Source: Mustelus asterias (lineage: Eukaryota). Taken from it: 64,000 bases of DNA. Shown piece by piece: positions 1-11,901 of this stretch. The stretch is taken from contig NW_027590120.1 in NCBI RefSeq assembly GCF_964213995.1, positions 1,240,001 through 1,304,000 of the forward strand. Direction: 5' to 3'. A program made the translations under genes and the position numbers. The notes beneath the pieces were generated by a model, which searched no databases, was not told the DNA's origin, and worked only from the letters and a program-made list of their open reading frames with translations. Position 1 is the stretch's first letter. The number at the start of each line of letters is the position of its first letter.

Positions 1-1151
1 ACGGCAGATCAGGCTTGAAGGGCCAAATGGCCTACTTCTGTTTCTTTGTTTCTGTGATAATTGTGCTACATACTTGAATTTATGAGGTTCAGTATTATCA
101 ATGCACTGAAATCCGGAGTTGATTCTCATTTTCTTTTATTTTTATTTTTCTTTTTAAGGATATTTTTGGAATGTCGCTTTGACGCTCGAGGTGTCATTTC
201 AACTATCGCTGCCGTTTAGCACTCTTAGCACACTTTAGCGCCCTCTGGTGAGAACTAACTGGGTATCTCTATCTAGGATTTTCTATGGATTTTCTTTTTT
301 CCCTATATTTGTGGCAGCGAAATACGCAGCGGTGTCGGACAGAAGCACAAAAGTGACGTTTAAATGAATAATTTCCTTTAATCGTTTACTCAATTACTAA
401 AGCTGTGTACTGTTCTCCAGCTGAGATATCGCCAACAATCAGTGCAATTGCAACAGTATTTAACTTAATTTCTCTTGAACATCGTCAGCTTTGGAAAAAA
501 GGGCAACATCCAAATCACCCTTCCCAATTGATGGCTCCATCTTTAGATTAAATGTCTGTGTTTTGCGTGCAAGAACATACAAATCGCTCTGCACACCAGA
601 AAGAAATAATTTCTCACTAATTACAATGTTTTATATTTCCTTTCTCTTCCCTGCAAATTGAATAGCATATTTTTCTATTCATGTCCCCAGTTGACGCGTC
701 ACATAAACTCCACATAACCCTTGGCAGGACTTTCTATCTCTCTCTACAGCTGACTATGTAACGTCACTTTGTATTATCCGAAAACTTCGATAAATTACAC
801 CTGCCCTCTCTGCATGTTAATAAAGTCCAGGTGAATAGCAGTGCTTCAGGGAGGCGGCTCACCAACACCTTTCCCGAGGATATCAAAGATGAAGAAATAA
901 GCACTGGTCTTACCAGTGACGCTGGAATTAAGTGAAAAAATTAAATGCTTAACTGAACGTAATTCAATTGGATTCACGGTTATCACTGTTCCAATGGTAA
1001 AGCTATCAGAATTATTGAGAAAATGTGGAAAAACTCATTAATTTGTGCTAGTTTCCGCTCATCATAAGGCAACACCGGCAAATTACTGGGGGCGGGGTTT
1101 AGAATAGATTCTGTCAAATACCCAACTCTTTTCACAGCGCGGAAAGAGGCA

Positions 1152-1658
1152 GCACGGCTGCTCAGCATCTGGGTAGTGTGGGGAGCATTCTTGGCTGGTA
1201 AATGGGAATAAATACATTTCATCTTTTCTCTGACTTATCAAGCATGGCTCAAATATTTCCATATTTCTGGCCTGGCCAGTTTTTATTTGATTATGTTTCT
1301 TTGTTTTTTCAGATGTGACTAATGGAGATTCTGTCACTCAGCGGTTCCCCTCAGATTATAAAACAGAAGGAGAAGCGGTGACATTGACCTGTACCTATGA
1401 TGCCACAGCCACCAATTATTACTTACACTGGTATCGACAGCGCCCAGAGAAACAACCGGAATTTATAGTGATGAAAAGCTCTTTGGACACTGAGGATACA
1501 GCAAGTTTTACTCCAATCCGTTTCTCTGCTGAGCTCCAGATCGAGAATAAAGTCACCAGTTTAACCATCTCGGGCCTGCAGGTGACTGACGCTGGCGGCT
1601 ATTACTGAGCTTTCAGTCACTCAGTGATAGAAAACATTATCACCGCCGTACAAAAGCT
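1152..1658 (+). pseudogene. TCR alpha/delta-type V segment V1 (leader 1152-1197, V exon 1313-1619, 23-RSS 1620-1658); pseudogene
   Basis: V exon reads DVTNGDSVTQ...LTCTY...LHWYRQRP...LTISGLQVTDAGGYY*, with the second Cys replaced by TGA (1606-1608). Leader (A)RLLSIWVVWGAFLA|GT has GCA where the paralogue V2 has ATG. RSS is CTCAGTG-23-ACAAAAGCT, so the heptamer CAC is lost. Confidence 0.93.
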
Positions 1659-2325
1659 CTAGATAGGAGCTGCTGTCTGCTGCGGATTGTTTACAATCGC
1701 GGGCAGATTCAGTCACAATGAACATCGGCGCTGCCAGCTGCTCAAACACAGCGAAGCGAAACCAGAATAACCTCGGATTAAACATTCACCCAACAGTTTC
1801 CAGGACCAACAGAGAGCCGACAGTTCAGTTCAACCCGTTCCCTTTCCCGAAACCGCACTCGCTCAGGGTGGGAACTCTGATCCTCACACTGAACGGCTGT
1901 GAACACAAATGTCAATTAACCAAAGCACATGATTAATAAATTACTAAAACGTGGCATTTGATTAGAAAAATACAATCACACAGTATCAGCAGGATCAGAG
2001 CTTCAGCTGCAAACGGGGTGTGGGGGGGGGGGGTGTGGGGGGGGGGGGCTGGTGGATGGACAGTGGAGCCTCCCTTTCTCCTCATTCTGTGGGACACTGG
2101 TGGATGACATTCTGACTAATCAGATTATTCTTGGATGTTGTCAGTAGCCGTCATTCAGAGTCCCATTTGGGGATACGCTCTGTTTAAACAAATAAGTTCA
2201 GGACACTCATTAGGATTTTGTGCGTGTGTGCAACGATTGATTAAATGTTTCAGGAATATTTGATTTCTTTATTACTTTTAGCTCCAATAGTCACCTTCGG
2301 TTTAGAATCATGCAATGATGATAGG

Positions 2326-2620
2326 GGCAGCACGGTGGCGCAGTGGTTAGCGCTGCTACTTCACAGCGCCAGGGACCTGGGTTCAATTGCCGGCTTGGGT
2401 CATTGTTTGCGTGGAGTCTGCACGATCTCCCCGTGTCTGCGTGGCTTTCCTTCTGGTGCTCCGGTTTCTTCCCACAGTCCAAAGACGTGCTGCGTCGGTT
2501 CACTGCCCGTGCTAAATTCTCCCTCAGTGTATCCGAACAGGCGCCAAAGTGTGGCGACAAGGGGATTTTCACATTAAATTCATTGCAGTGTTAATGTAAG
2601 CCTATTTGTGACTAATAAAG
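2326..2620 (+). mobile_element. tRNA-derived SINE (HE1-like shark SINE)
   Basis: A/B-box head GGCAGCACGGTGGCGCAGTGGTTAGC...GGTTCAATT. Related copies lie at ~15350-15560(-), 28232-28490(+), 32770-33040(+), 34601-34895(+), 35855-36150(-), 38085-38270(-), 38437-38750(+), 44935-45215(+), 45788-45918(-), 50408-50560(+), 59735-60350(+) and 63497-63815(-). Confidence 0.85.
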
Positions 2621-4200
2621 TAACTTTACTTTTACTTACTGGTCAGGGTAATGTGTTTATTCCTCATTCTCTGTACTGCAACCTACAAATCCTCTTGCTC
2701 CTTCACCTTTAAACGCTTATTCAGTTCCTATTTCTAATACCTTACTCGTCAATTTATATGTGCCGTGCCACCTTCATGGTCTCCGGTCACCATGGTTTTA
2801 TTGAATGAAACAGAAAGGATATTTACTGATTGTCGGGCGTCAATGTCAAAACACCGCAATAATGGTCACGTCGCCTGGTGGCGGTTTCGAGTGACGGCAT
2901 GTTTTTTTGAATTGGTAAAAATGTATTCACTGCCTTGAACTATTTGTATTCACTTCGAGCCATTTTAAAGCGGTGAGGAAATTTCCTAAATGAATGGATG
3001 TCTGGTCATAGAGACAGAGTACGTGACTAAGAGAACGAGAGATCAGAAAAGTGACCAAGAGAAAGATAACTAATCAGAAAAAAATGTCTGTAGCTCTCAT
3101 TTATTGGTGGGTAATAATCAGCAGTTCTGGCAGAGAAGCCAATCCTGTTCCTGGAAAAACGACAGTTTCTCAATAAGTGAAGCCAGATTCCAAAGTGGGT
3201 CGGACTTTATGTCAGGCTGCAACATTCAACATAATTGGAGCATTTTGTTACTTTCTGTCGAATTCTAAAGCAGACAGCATTGTCTCTCTGCGAGGTCAGT
3301 ATATTTTTAAATGGTCAGCGTGACATCCAGGTGTTACATTTAGTCCCTGAAGCATTCCGTATTTGTGTTACAGGAATGAATGACTATGAATCAGTGTCCA
3401 ATAGAAACATAGAAAATAGGAGCATGAGAAGGCCTTTCAGCCCTTCGAGCCGACTCCATCCTCCTTATGTTCATGGTTGATCATCGAGCTCAGTAATCTA
3501 TTCCTTCTTTTCACCATTTAGCCACGAGAACTGCATTTATCTACTTCTTGATAATATGCAATATTCTGCCCAGATTTGCTTTCTATAGTAGTGAATTCTA
3601 TCGGCTTTTCACTCTGTGAGTATATAAATGTCCCTCTAAAAGGGAAATAAAGAGATGTTCAGTGCTTATGTAGTGTTTTGAATATCTATAACGAATCAGT
3701 TGGACGAAATATCTCGTGTAAATGTTTCTTTCGGGGCCTCGTCAGTGGATACCCTAGTCTGAGTGACAACAGAGTGTTGTTCATCATTACAGGCAGACCC
3801 GCAGAAGGCAGCAAAGGACAAATGGGGACTTCAGTTTGAGTAACGTCACGCAAACATGGTGGATGCCGATCTGCTGTCTGTGCGATTCTTGCCGGTCATT
3901 ATTGTGTAATATTTGGTTTATAACATGCCGCATGTTAAAAGAATGCACAATTCACCAGTAGCAGAAAGGACTGTTTTGCTGAAATATTGATTTTATAATG
4001 GATCTGTCGGCTTAATTCGATTCTGTTGTTTTTCCGTTCTTGGCCCCTCCTGGGAACATCTGCGTGACAGTTTGATCCGAGGTTAATGCGGTTTCCTATC
4101 AGTTTGTGTTTGAGTGCCTGACGGCGACGCTGCTCATTGCGGCTGCATCTGTCCACGATTCAACACAGCAGAGAGGAGATCTCACTTACATTGCTGAGAC

Positions 4201-4697
4201 AGTTTTTGTGCAGGAGGCAGATTGCTTTCTATCACTGTGCGTCCCAGAAAGCGCAGTAATACACGGCAGCGTCAGCAGCTGCAGATCCGAGATAGTCAAA
4301 CTGGTGTTAATTCGAGTTCTGGAATACAGTCGAGAAACGGATTTTAGCAAAATCTGCTTTAACTCCACCACCTCCTGCGTAGACCCTCAGTATATACTCG
4401 GGATGGGAGTCTGGATGTTTTCGGTACCAGAGTAAATAATAGTCACTCCATGCAGTATCTCAAAAACAGTACAAAATCACCGCTTCACCTTCCGTCTCAA
4501 CATCTGAGGACAGCGGCTGTGACAGAATCTTCATGACTCAGATCTGGAAAAGATGTTCAAACAGATAAATATTGGACTGACGTGTGCTCAAATTTCAGAT
4601 TCAACATAAGTTTTTCTTTAATGAGAAAACAAACGAGATGTCCACAAATACCTGTCAGAAATGTTTCCCACACAACCCAGATGTTGAGTATCCGCAT
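4201..4697 (-). pseudogene. TCR alpha/delta-type V segment V2 (leader 4697-4652, V exon 4543-4240, 23-RSS 4239-4201); frameshifted pseudogene
   Basis: Leader MRILNIWVVWETFLT|GT. V fragments EGEAVILYC, YLLWYRKHP, LTISDLQL, DAAVYYCAFWD lie in shifted frames with internal stops. Canonical RSS CACAGTG-23-ACAAAAACT. Confidence 0.92.
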
Positions 4698-5277
4698 TGT
4701 CTCTGTCCCCTCTGTAAAAGGGGGATCGGATATTTGAAGACACCCGTTCTGGTCCCCACATTCAATACTCTGATGACTTGCCTCCGAATGCTCACACCGT
4801 CAGTTCCGTGTCTCGCCAGTGATACCGTGAAATTGGTTATTGCTTAGCTGACTGTCACTGAATGGAAGCTCCAAAATCTGTACTCCAGTCGGTGTCTTTA
4901 TAGGACACATTTTTCTGCCATAGAAATGGGATGTGACTGAAACTTTCATTTGGTTATTATTCAGTGTGGCTTCTCGTTCTTAGTCGCAGTTTTCATGCAG
5001 CGATGATTTCAGAAGGAAGTTAAGGATTAAACATATTGCTGTGGGTCTGGAGCGAGGCTGGATAAGGATGGCAGATTCCCTTCTTTCCACAACATTGTTA
5101 ATTCAATTGGGAATTTATCCTAATACCACGGTGCCAATGTCACCACTTATTCCAGCTTTAATTTCAGATGTTGATTTGATTGATTAAATTCAATTGCCCC
5201 TGCGACAGTGAACGAAGTCCAAATCATGTAGGCGGATTATTAATCATTGTCTCCTGGATTCCAGTACCGTAAAATGT

Positions 5278-5660
5278 CACTGTGTAATCCAGCAATTAAT
5301 CCAGTTTTTTCTAGATTACTGCTCTGTAACACATCACTGTGTAATCCAACAAATAATCCAGTTCTCCTGGATTCCTGACCTGGAACATTTCACTGTGTAA
5401 TCCAACAATTAATCCAGTTCCCCTGGATTTCTGCTCTGTAACATATCACTGTATAATTCAACACTGAATCCAGTTCTCCTGGATTTCTGCCCTGTAACAT
5501 TTCACTTTGTAATCCAACAATTAATGCAGTTCTCCTCGAATTCTGCTCTGTAACATTTCACTGTGAAATGGAACCCGCTCCTGCTTCAGTGAACACACAA
5601 ACACAGCGAGGGAGCTCCCTCTTGCGGCGCAGTGAGGTAAATGACCTCTGCCTGGGAGAC
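5278..5660 (-). repeat. Short array (~6 units) of the 56-bp RSS-like satellite plus CTCF-like head sequence
   Basis: CACTGTG-type words at 5278, 5335, 5391, 5447, 5503 and 5559 (four perfect). The flank 5566-5657 is the reverse complement of 55183-55274. Confidence 0.9.
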
Positions 5661-6056
5661 CATTATTTTCTCAGATTATTGAAGAGTATATTTGCCGGAT
5701 TAGGCTGCTGCATTTTTCTTGTTGCTATTATTCTTAAGAAATATAATTTCATGCGGATGAACCTATGCACAGAACTGATAACAATTTCTGTGTGAATCTT
5801 CGTCTATTCATTTATTTGATTTTACGATCATAGAACAGCCCGTTAAATAATGCCTGTGTTACACAATGTGGCACTCGAAGAATACTTACAGAATGAGGAG
5901 TCTTAAATGTTCACGCAAAGAAAGGATGCAAATATAACTCTATTTTCACGTTGATCTGATATACTGCGGGGTTCAATGTACGTGCTCCATTTTTAAAAAA
6001 ATCTCAGATTTGTGTCTGTGTATATTGTGCGCGATAACTGCTCCCAATTGTTTGGG

Positions 6057-7061
6057 GAGCTTGTTGAAATGTTCCATATCCTGCACTTTCCTGGAACGCA
6101 GCTGAAGGAGGGACAGGTTCAGAGACACACAGAGAGGTGGCTGACACAGAGGGAGAGAGAGAGACCAAACGATCGAAGGAGACAAACAGACACAGAGAAG
6201 GTCAGAAGATCCGTGGATGCAGAAAAAGACAGACAGAGGGAGATAGAGAAACAGTCAGGTAAAGTAAGTGGGCTACAGCCAATACTGATTGGTGCCCAAT
6301 TGCTGACAGCACTGAGAGACCAGCCAATTCTGTCCTTGGTGAGCGCCCATCAATTTCTCAATAAATGAAACTTATCTATGATATGAAATTACTTCTTCAT
6401 GTCAGATTGGAAGTGTTGACATACTTTAAAAATTCTGCTCTTTTGTACAATTCTATAGTAGCAAGCAAGTTGTCCCGATGTTTCTTTACTAATCGTGTTG
6501 TCCAGTGATTCTGTGTTCAAATCGTCACTGTCTGTTCCCAACGTTCACTACCAGATATTTAATCAATCCTATATTTTGTTGCAGGAAACAATGGCAAAGA
6601 TAAACTGTCCCAGGATCTTTCTGAATTTAGGGTTCAGCAAGGACACACAATAAGACTGGATTGCAATTACTCGACAGCTGGTCGAATTCTGTTATGGTAC
6701 ATCCAGTCTGCCGGGGAAGGCTCAAAGTATCTGTTGACGTTATACAGCACGGAAACGTACTTTTCAAGTTTTCTATAGAGATTTCCTGCTGGTGTGAGCA
6801 AGAAAAACAAAATAGTTTCTTTAACTATCGCTGGGATGACCTCTGCCCACTTACTTTACCTGACTGTTTCTCTATCTCCCTCTGTCTGTCTTTTTCTGCA
6901 TCCACGGATCTTCTGACCTTCTCTGTGTCTGTTTGTCTCCTTCGATCGTTTGGTCTCTCTCTCTCCCTCTGTGTCAGCCACCTCTCTGTGTGTCTCTGAA
7001 CCTGTCCCTCCTTCAGCTGTGTTCCGGGAAAGTGCAGGATATGGAACATTTCAACAAGCTC
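6057..7061. repeat. 217-bp inverted repeat (6057-6273 / 6845-7061), 2 mismatches
   Basis: The arms are direct reverse complements; the near-identical ORF text at 6012..6368(+) and 6825..7049(-) reflects this. Confidence 0.95.
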
Positions 7062-7327
7062 TGGCTGGCTGTGGAGATTTGCATTCTAATTAGTATTCTG
7101 TAGCTTGATTTCTGTGTCTCTGTGCACTGTTGGAGAACAGATTTTCACTCCATCTGACGAAGGGGCAGCGCTCCGAAAGCTTATGGTATTTGCTACCAAA
7201 TAAGCCTGTTGGACTTTAACCTGGTGTTGTGAGACTTCTTACTATGCTCTTCTCCGACAGCACAGTGTACTTATGTGCCGTGCAGCCCACACTGCTGCAG
7301 AGATCGAGCGGATTCCGGACAATAACT
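6585..7327 (+). pseudogene. TCR alpha/delta-type V segment V3, split by an ~405-bp insertion; pseudogene
   Basis: After the ttgttgcag acceptor: GNNGKDKLSQ...IRLDCNYST...LLWYIQSAG...FL*(6776)...VSLTIAGM (to 6838). It resumes at 7247 as LFSDSTVYLCAVQP, then CACACTG-24-ACAATAACT. Confidence 0.88.
7150..7186 (+). ncRNA. Minimal type-I hammerhead ribozyme motif (Penelope-associated)
   Basis: CCAT-CTGACGA-A-GGGGC/AGC/GCTCC-GAAA-GC-TT-ATGG: conserved core, stem I CCAT/ATGG, stem II, palindromic minimal stem III. Confidence 0.7.
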
Positions 7328-7560
7328 GCAGACTGGAAGTTCCAGTTATTGATCAGCGGAGGGCGCGCTTCCTGAGGGTGGTCACAGAGCCATTAATAAA
7401 ATATCAACACAAAACACAACACCCAACAAGAGGAGGAACAACAACTGAGGAATTATGTTAGTTGCTTCTAACTAACCTAACTAACACGTGAGTGGCATGT
7501 TGGCACAGCTGCCTCACAGTGCCGGGAACGCTGTTTCGATTCCCGGCTTGGGTCACTGTC

Positions 7561-9544
7561 TGAACATGGAACATAGAACATAGAACATAGAACATTACAG
7601 CGCAGTGCAGGCCCTTCGGCCCTCGATGATGTGCCGACCAGTGAAACCAATCTAAAGCCCATCTCCCTACACCATTCCAACATCATCCATATGTTTATCC
7701 AATGACCATTTAAATGCCTTAATGTTGGCGAGTCCATTACTGCTGCAGGCAGGGCATTCCAAACCCTTCCCACTCTCTGAGTGAAGAACCTACCTCTGAC
7801 ATCTGTCCTATATCTATCACACCTCAATTTAAAGCTATGTCGCCTCGTGCTAGCTATCACCATCCGAGGAAAAATGTTCTCACTATCCACTCTACCTAAT
7901 CCTCTGATCACCTTGTATGCCTGTATTAAGTCACCACTTAACATTCTTCTCTCTACCGAAAAAACTTCAAGTCCCTCAGCCTTTCCTCATAAGACCTTCC
8001 CACCATACCAGGCAACATCCTAGTAAATCTCCTCTGCACCCTTTCCAATGGATCCACATCATTCCTATAATGCGGTGACCAGAACTGGACGCAATACTCC
8101 AATGCGGCCGCACTAGAGTTTTGTACAGCTGCAACATGACCTCCTGGCTCTGAAACTCAATCCCTCTCCCAATAAAAGCTAACACTCCGTACGCCTTCTT
8201 AACAACCCTATCAACATGGGTGACAACTTTCAGGGATCTGCGCAGATGGACACCGAGATCTCTCTGTTCATCCATACAACCAAGTATCTTACCATTAGCG
8301 CAGTACTCTGTAATCATGTTACTACTTCCAAAGTGAATCACCGCACACTTTTCCGCATTGAACTCCATTTGCCATCTCTCAGCCCAGCACTACAGCTTAT
8401 CTATGTCCCTCTGTAACCTGCAACAAACTTTCGCACTGTCCACAACTCCACCGACTTTAGTGTCATCCACAAATTTACTAACCCATCCTTCTACGCCCTC
8501 ATCCAGGTCATTTATAAAAATGACAAACAGCAGTAGCCCCAAAACAGATCATTGCCGTACACCACTAGTAACTCAACTCCATGATGAACATTTCCCATGA
8601 ACCACCACCCTCTGTCTTCTTACAGCTAGCCAATCCTGGTCGAAACCACTAAATCACCCTCAATCCCATGCCTCCGTATCTTCTGCAATAGCTTACCGTG
8701 GGGAACCTTATCAAACGCTTTACTGAAGTCCATGGACACCACATCAACTGCTTTACCCTGATCCACCTCTTTGGTCTCCGTCTCAAAGAACTCAATAAGG
8801 TTTGTGAGGCACGACCTACCCCTCACAAAACCGTGTTGACTATCCCTAATCAAATTATTCCTCTCTAGATGATTATAAATCCTATCTCTTATAATCCTTT
8901 CCAAAACTTTGCCCACAACAGAAGTAAGACTCACTGGTCTATAATTACCAGGGTTGTCTCTGCTTCCCTTCTTGATCAACGGGACAACATTTGCTATCCT
9001 CCAGTCTTCTGGCACTATTACTGTAGAAAATGATGACCTAAAGATCAAAGCCAAAGGCTCTGCAATCTCCTCCCTAGCCTCCCAGAGAATCCTGGGATAA
9101 ATCCCATCCGGACCAGGGGACTTATCTATTTTCACACTTTCCAGAACTGCTAACACCTCCTCCTTATTAATGTCAATCCCGTCTAGTCCAATAGCCTTTA
9201 TCTCAGTATTCTGCTCGACAACATTGTCTTTTTCCTGCATGAATACTGTCGAAAAATATTCATTTAGCGCCTCTCCTACCTCTTCAGGCTCCGCGCATAA
9301 GGTCCCACTACTGTCCTTGACTGGCCCTAACCTTACCCTAGTCATTCTTTTATTCCTGACATACCTATAGAAAGCTTTAGGGTTTTCCTTGACCCTGCCT
9401 GCCAAAGACTTCTCATGTCCCCTCCTGGCTCTTCTTAACTCTCTCTTTAGATCCTTCCTGGCTAACTTGTCACTCTCAAGCGCCCTAACTGAGCCTCCAC
9501 GTCTCATCTTTGCAGACGTCTCCTTCTTCCTCTTCACAAGAGGG
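7561..9544 (-). mobile_element. 5'-truncated, frameshifted CR1-clade LINE nested inside a SINE (7490-7560 / 9547-9740)
   Basis: RT-region peptides KSPGPDGI, YRPVSLTSVVGK, QHGF, DFSKAFDKV, MEFNAEKC and an (TTCTATG)n tail. The SINE halves join across it. Confidence 0.93.
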
Positions 9545-10561
9545 ATGTGTGGAGTTTACACATTCTTCCCGTGTCTGCGTCTGTTTCTTCATTTGCTCGG
9601 TTTCCTCCTGCATTCTGAAAGACGTGCTGGATAGGTGCATTGACACAAGGAGGCGCAGGAATGTGGCGATGAAGGGAATTTCACAGTAACTTCATTGCAG
9701 TGCTAATATAAGCCTTACTTGTGACTGATAAATAATAATAAAAAATGACATCTGTACTCAAAACTAATTTCACAAATCAATGTGTGATGGTCTCACTCCC
9801 ATTTTATCTTTTCATGATATATCCACGTCTGTATTAATTAGAAGTTCAAGTTCAAGTTTATTTATAAGTTTCACAAGTAGGTTTACATTAACACTGCAAT
9901 GATGTAACTGTGATAAACCTGAATTAATGTATAATCCTCCTTTCAACTCCACTCTCCGTTTTTGGGCATCAGTTGATATGGTCACAGTATGTTACTGGTT
10001 TAGGCATAGTTTGCAGAAAATGAGCACATTTCCCAAGTAGCAGGGAAGGACATTCCAGCATCGAGAAATTTTAAATAATTTTGCAGCATCAGAACATTGG
10101 AAAAATTGTTAATTTTTCAATGCGGCAATATCCAACAGCCAGTTATCAGGAAACTGTATCAGAAAATTTAACTGTCTAACTATAAACAAAGTACGAATTT
10201 TGATAAAGCAATTAAATGCAACTTTTTTGGGGATTATTTTCATTTATAACGTGACCTATTTTTTAACCTCTGTGTCTGACGCTGGTTATTTTAGACTTTA
10301 TTCCATTTATTTTTCCATAGTTCACGAATGTTTTGTCCTTTGCTCGTTATGATTACTGCATTTTTCCGCTGTTCCTTTTTCTGTTTGCTTTTTTATTTCT
10401 CTGTGTTTATGTTTCCAAAGTTCTTCATTTTTGATCCGCTTTAGTTCTTTCTCTGTTAGATGCACTTGCTTTCTTGCACAATCCTCCAGTCCTTATTATT
10501 ACCACGCCACTTGCAACGCCGATCCCCGAAACACAGTAGAGCTCAGTTGCCACTCGGTGTC

Positions 10562-10939
10562 GGTTTCTGTACGAGCTCTCCATATGTTTGTTACACTGTG
10601 CCTCACGGCGCAGAGATAGGCGGCAGTGTCTGTTAGCTGGGTGTCTCTCACAGTCAGGACACTGAGTTTGTTGTCTCCCTCGACTGTGGCAGTGATCCTC
10701 CTGTGTTGATCGGTTTCTCTTGTGGCCATCACCAGATGTTGAGGTGGTTGATTTGGGAACTGTCTGTACCAATGCACCATGTTCATCACCCTGGCGCTGG
10801 TACAATTCATGGTTACGATTCCCTCTTCACTAACTTCCGTCCACTGAGGGAGCTGCAGCAACTCATGTCCAACAGTCACCGCGGTGCAGATCAGAGTGAA
10901 AAACAGCAAAAAGAATTTATAAACCCAAAGGACTATCAT
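10562..10939 (-). CDS. TCR alpha/delta-type V segment V4, open reading frame with in-frame leader and canonical 23-RSS; potentially functional
   Basis: MIVLWVYKFFLLFFTLICTAVTVG-HELLQLPQ...TMNCTS...VHWYRQFPNQPPQ...LTVRDTQLTDTAAYLCAVR. RSS CACAGTG (10600-10594)-23-ACAGAAACC (10570-10562). Confidence 0.9.
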
Positions 10940-10955
10940 ATCACTTGATTAAATT

Positions 10956-11249
10956 TTAATTAATCGTCAGGGATCCTGCTTCAGTCTTTGTTGCAACAAC
11001 CGGCTCATGAGAGATAGAAACTGCACCACTCATACCTGCAAAAATAGAAATAAGAGCTTTAGCTTTGTCATTTTCACTTTACTAGAAACAATGTGATCAG
11101 GGTAATTAAATAATTGCAAATAAAGGAAACAATGTTAAAGGGAAGATCGCTGTATCAGTATGGCCCGCGAACTGCGCAACTTGGGGACTTACCAGTTGAG
11201 AGACCTGCAGCTGTAAGAATAAGTAAAGAACCAAAGCCACAATGTTCAC
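10956..11249 (-). pseudogene. Remnant V gene: ATG-less leader-like exon plus 5' fragment of a V exon
   Basis: Leader-like GFGSLLILTAAGLST|GTAAGT at ~11249-11192. Acceptor ttttgcag at 11036 is followed by GMSGAVSISHEPVVATKTEAGSLTIN*, an FR1-like sequence stopping where the first Cys is expected. Confidence 0.5.
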
Positions 11250-11342
11250 AGAGCTGGTGTTGGATCTGAACTCAGCGAGTTAAAGCTCAATTGTTTTAGT
11301 TCAGACTTCAGAAGATTTTGTGTATTATTCGTCCTCACTGGC

Positions 11343-11457
11343 GATTGGTTCATTCCTGACAGATCCAGCAGGAGACACCCAATCAGCTCACAGCTCCATT
11401 GTCCTATATTTAATCCAATCAGCTCGGAGTGACTTTGTTCTCCAATCCATGACGTCA
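11343..11457 (-). promoter_or_regulatory. V-gene promoter: perfect CRE (TGACGTCA 11450-11457) and several CCAAT boxes
   Basis: Motifs read directly upstream of the leader-like exon. CRE-like elements are typical of TCR V promoters. Confidence 0.55.
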
Positions 11458-11901
11458 AAGAGAGGAGCAGGAACCATTTAAATCTTTTTTTCAGAACAAT
11501 GAACTGGGCAGAAGAACTTCAGAGAATAGGGAACCGGAGCTGGAATGGACCGTTTGATCCTCCATTAGTGCCCGCTACCGCCGTTTAGTAAGATCATTGT
11601 TGATTTAGCTCACAACCAGCTTCCTGCACAATCTCATATCCCTTATTTCCCTGAATATCCATGCATCTATCAACTGCCCCGAATAAATTAAACGACCGAA
11701 TAACTATCGTTCTCCATGGCGCAGAGAGTGCGTTAAAACGAACGTTGGTGCTCTTAAGGAGTTAATCTTTGAGATAGAACAATGATGGATATTGGTCAAA
11801 ACTTTGATACCAAACCCAGAGTTTTCCATTGAGGGAGTCGTGTGTAAATGGCGCGGCGTAGTGGCATAGTAGTTAGCACTGATACAAAACAGCGCCAGGG
11901 G

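Noticed and set aside
1606-1608. TGA at the conserved Cys read as selenocysteine
   Set aside because: The gene also lacks its ATG and a valid heptamer; a simple nonsense mutation is more economical.
2326-2400. SINE heads as tRNA genes
   Set aside because: They continue into the SINE body and LINE-like tail and do not form a cloverleaf with an acceptor stem.
3290-3810. Possible further V remnant (ttacag|GMNDYESVS..., CAGAGTG near 3770)
   Set aside because: Only about 9 codons before a LINE-tail insertion, and no recoverable Cys/Trp/YYC motifs; too weak to call.
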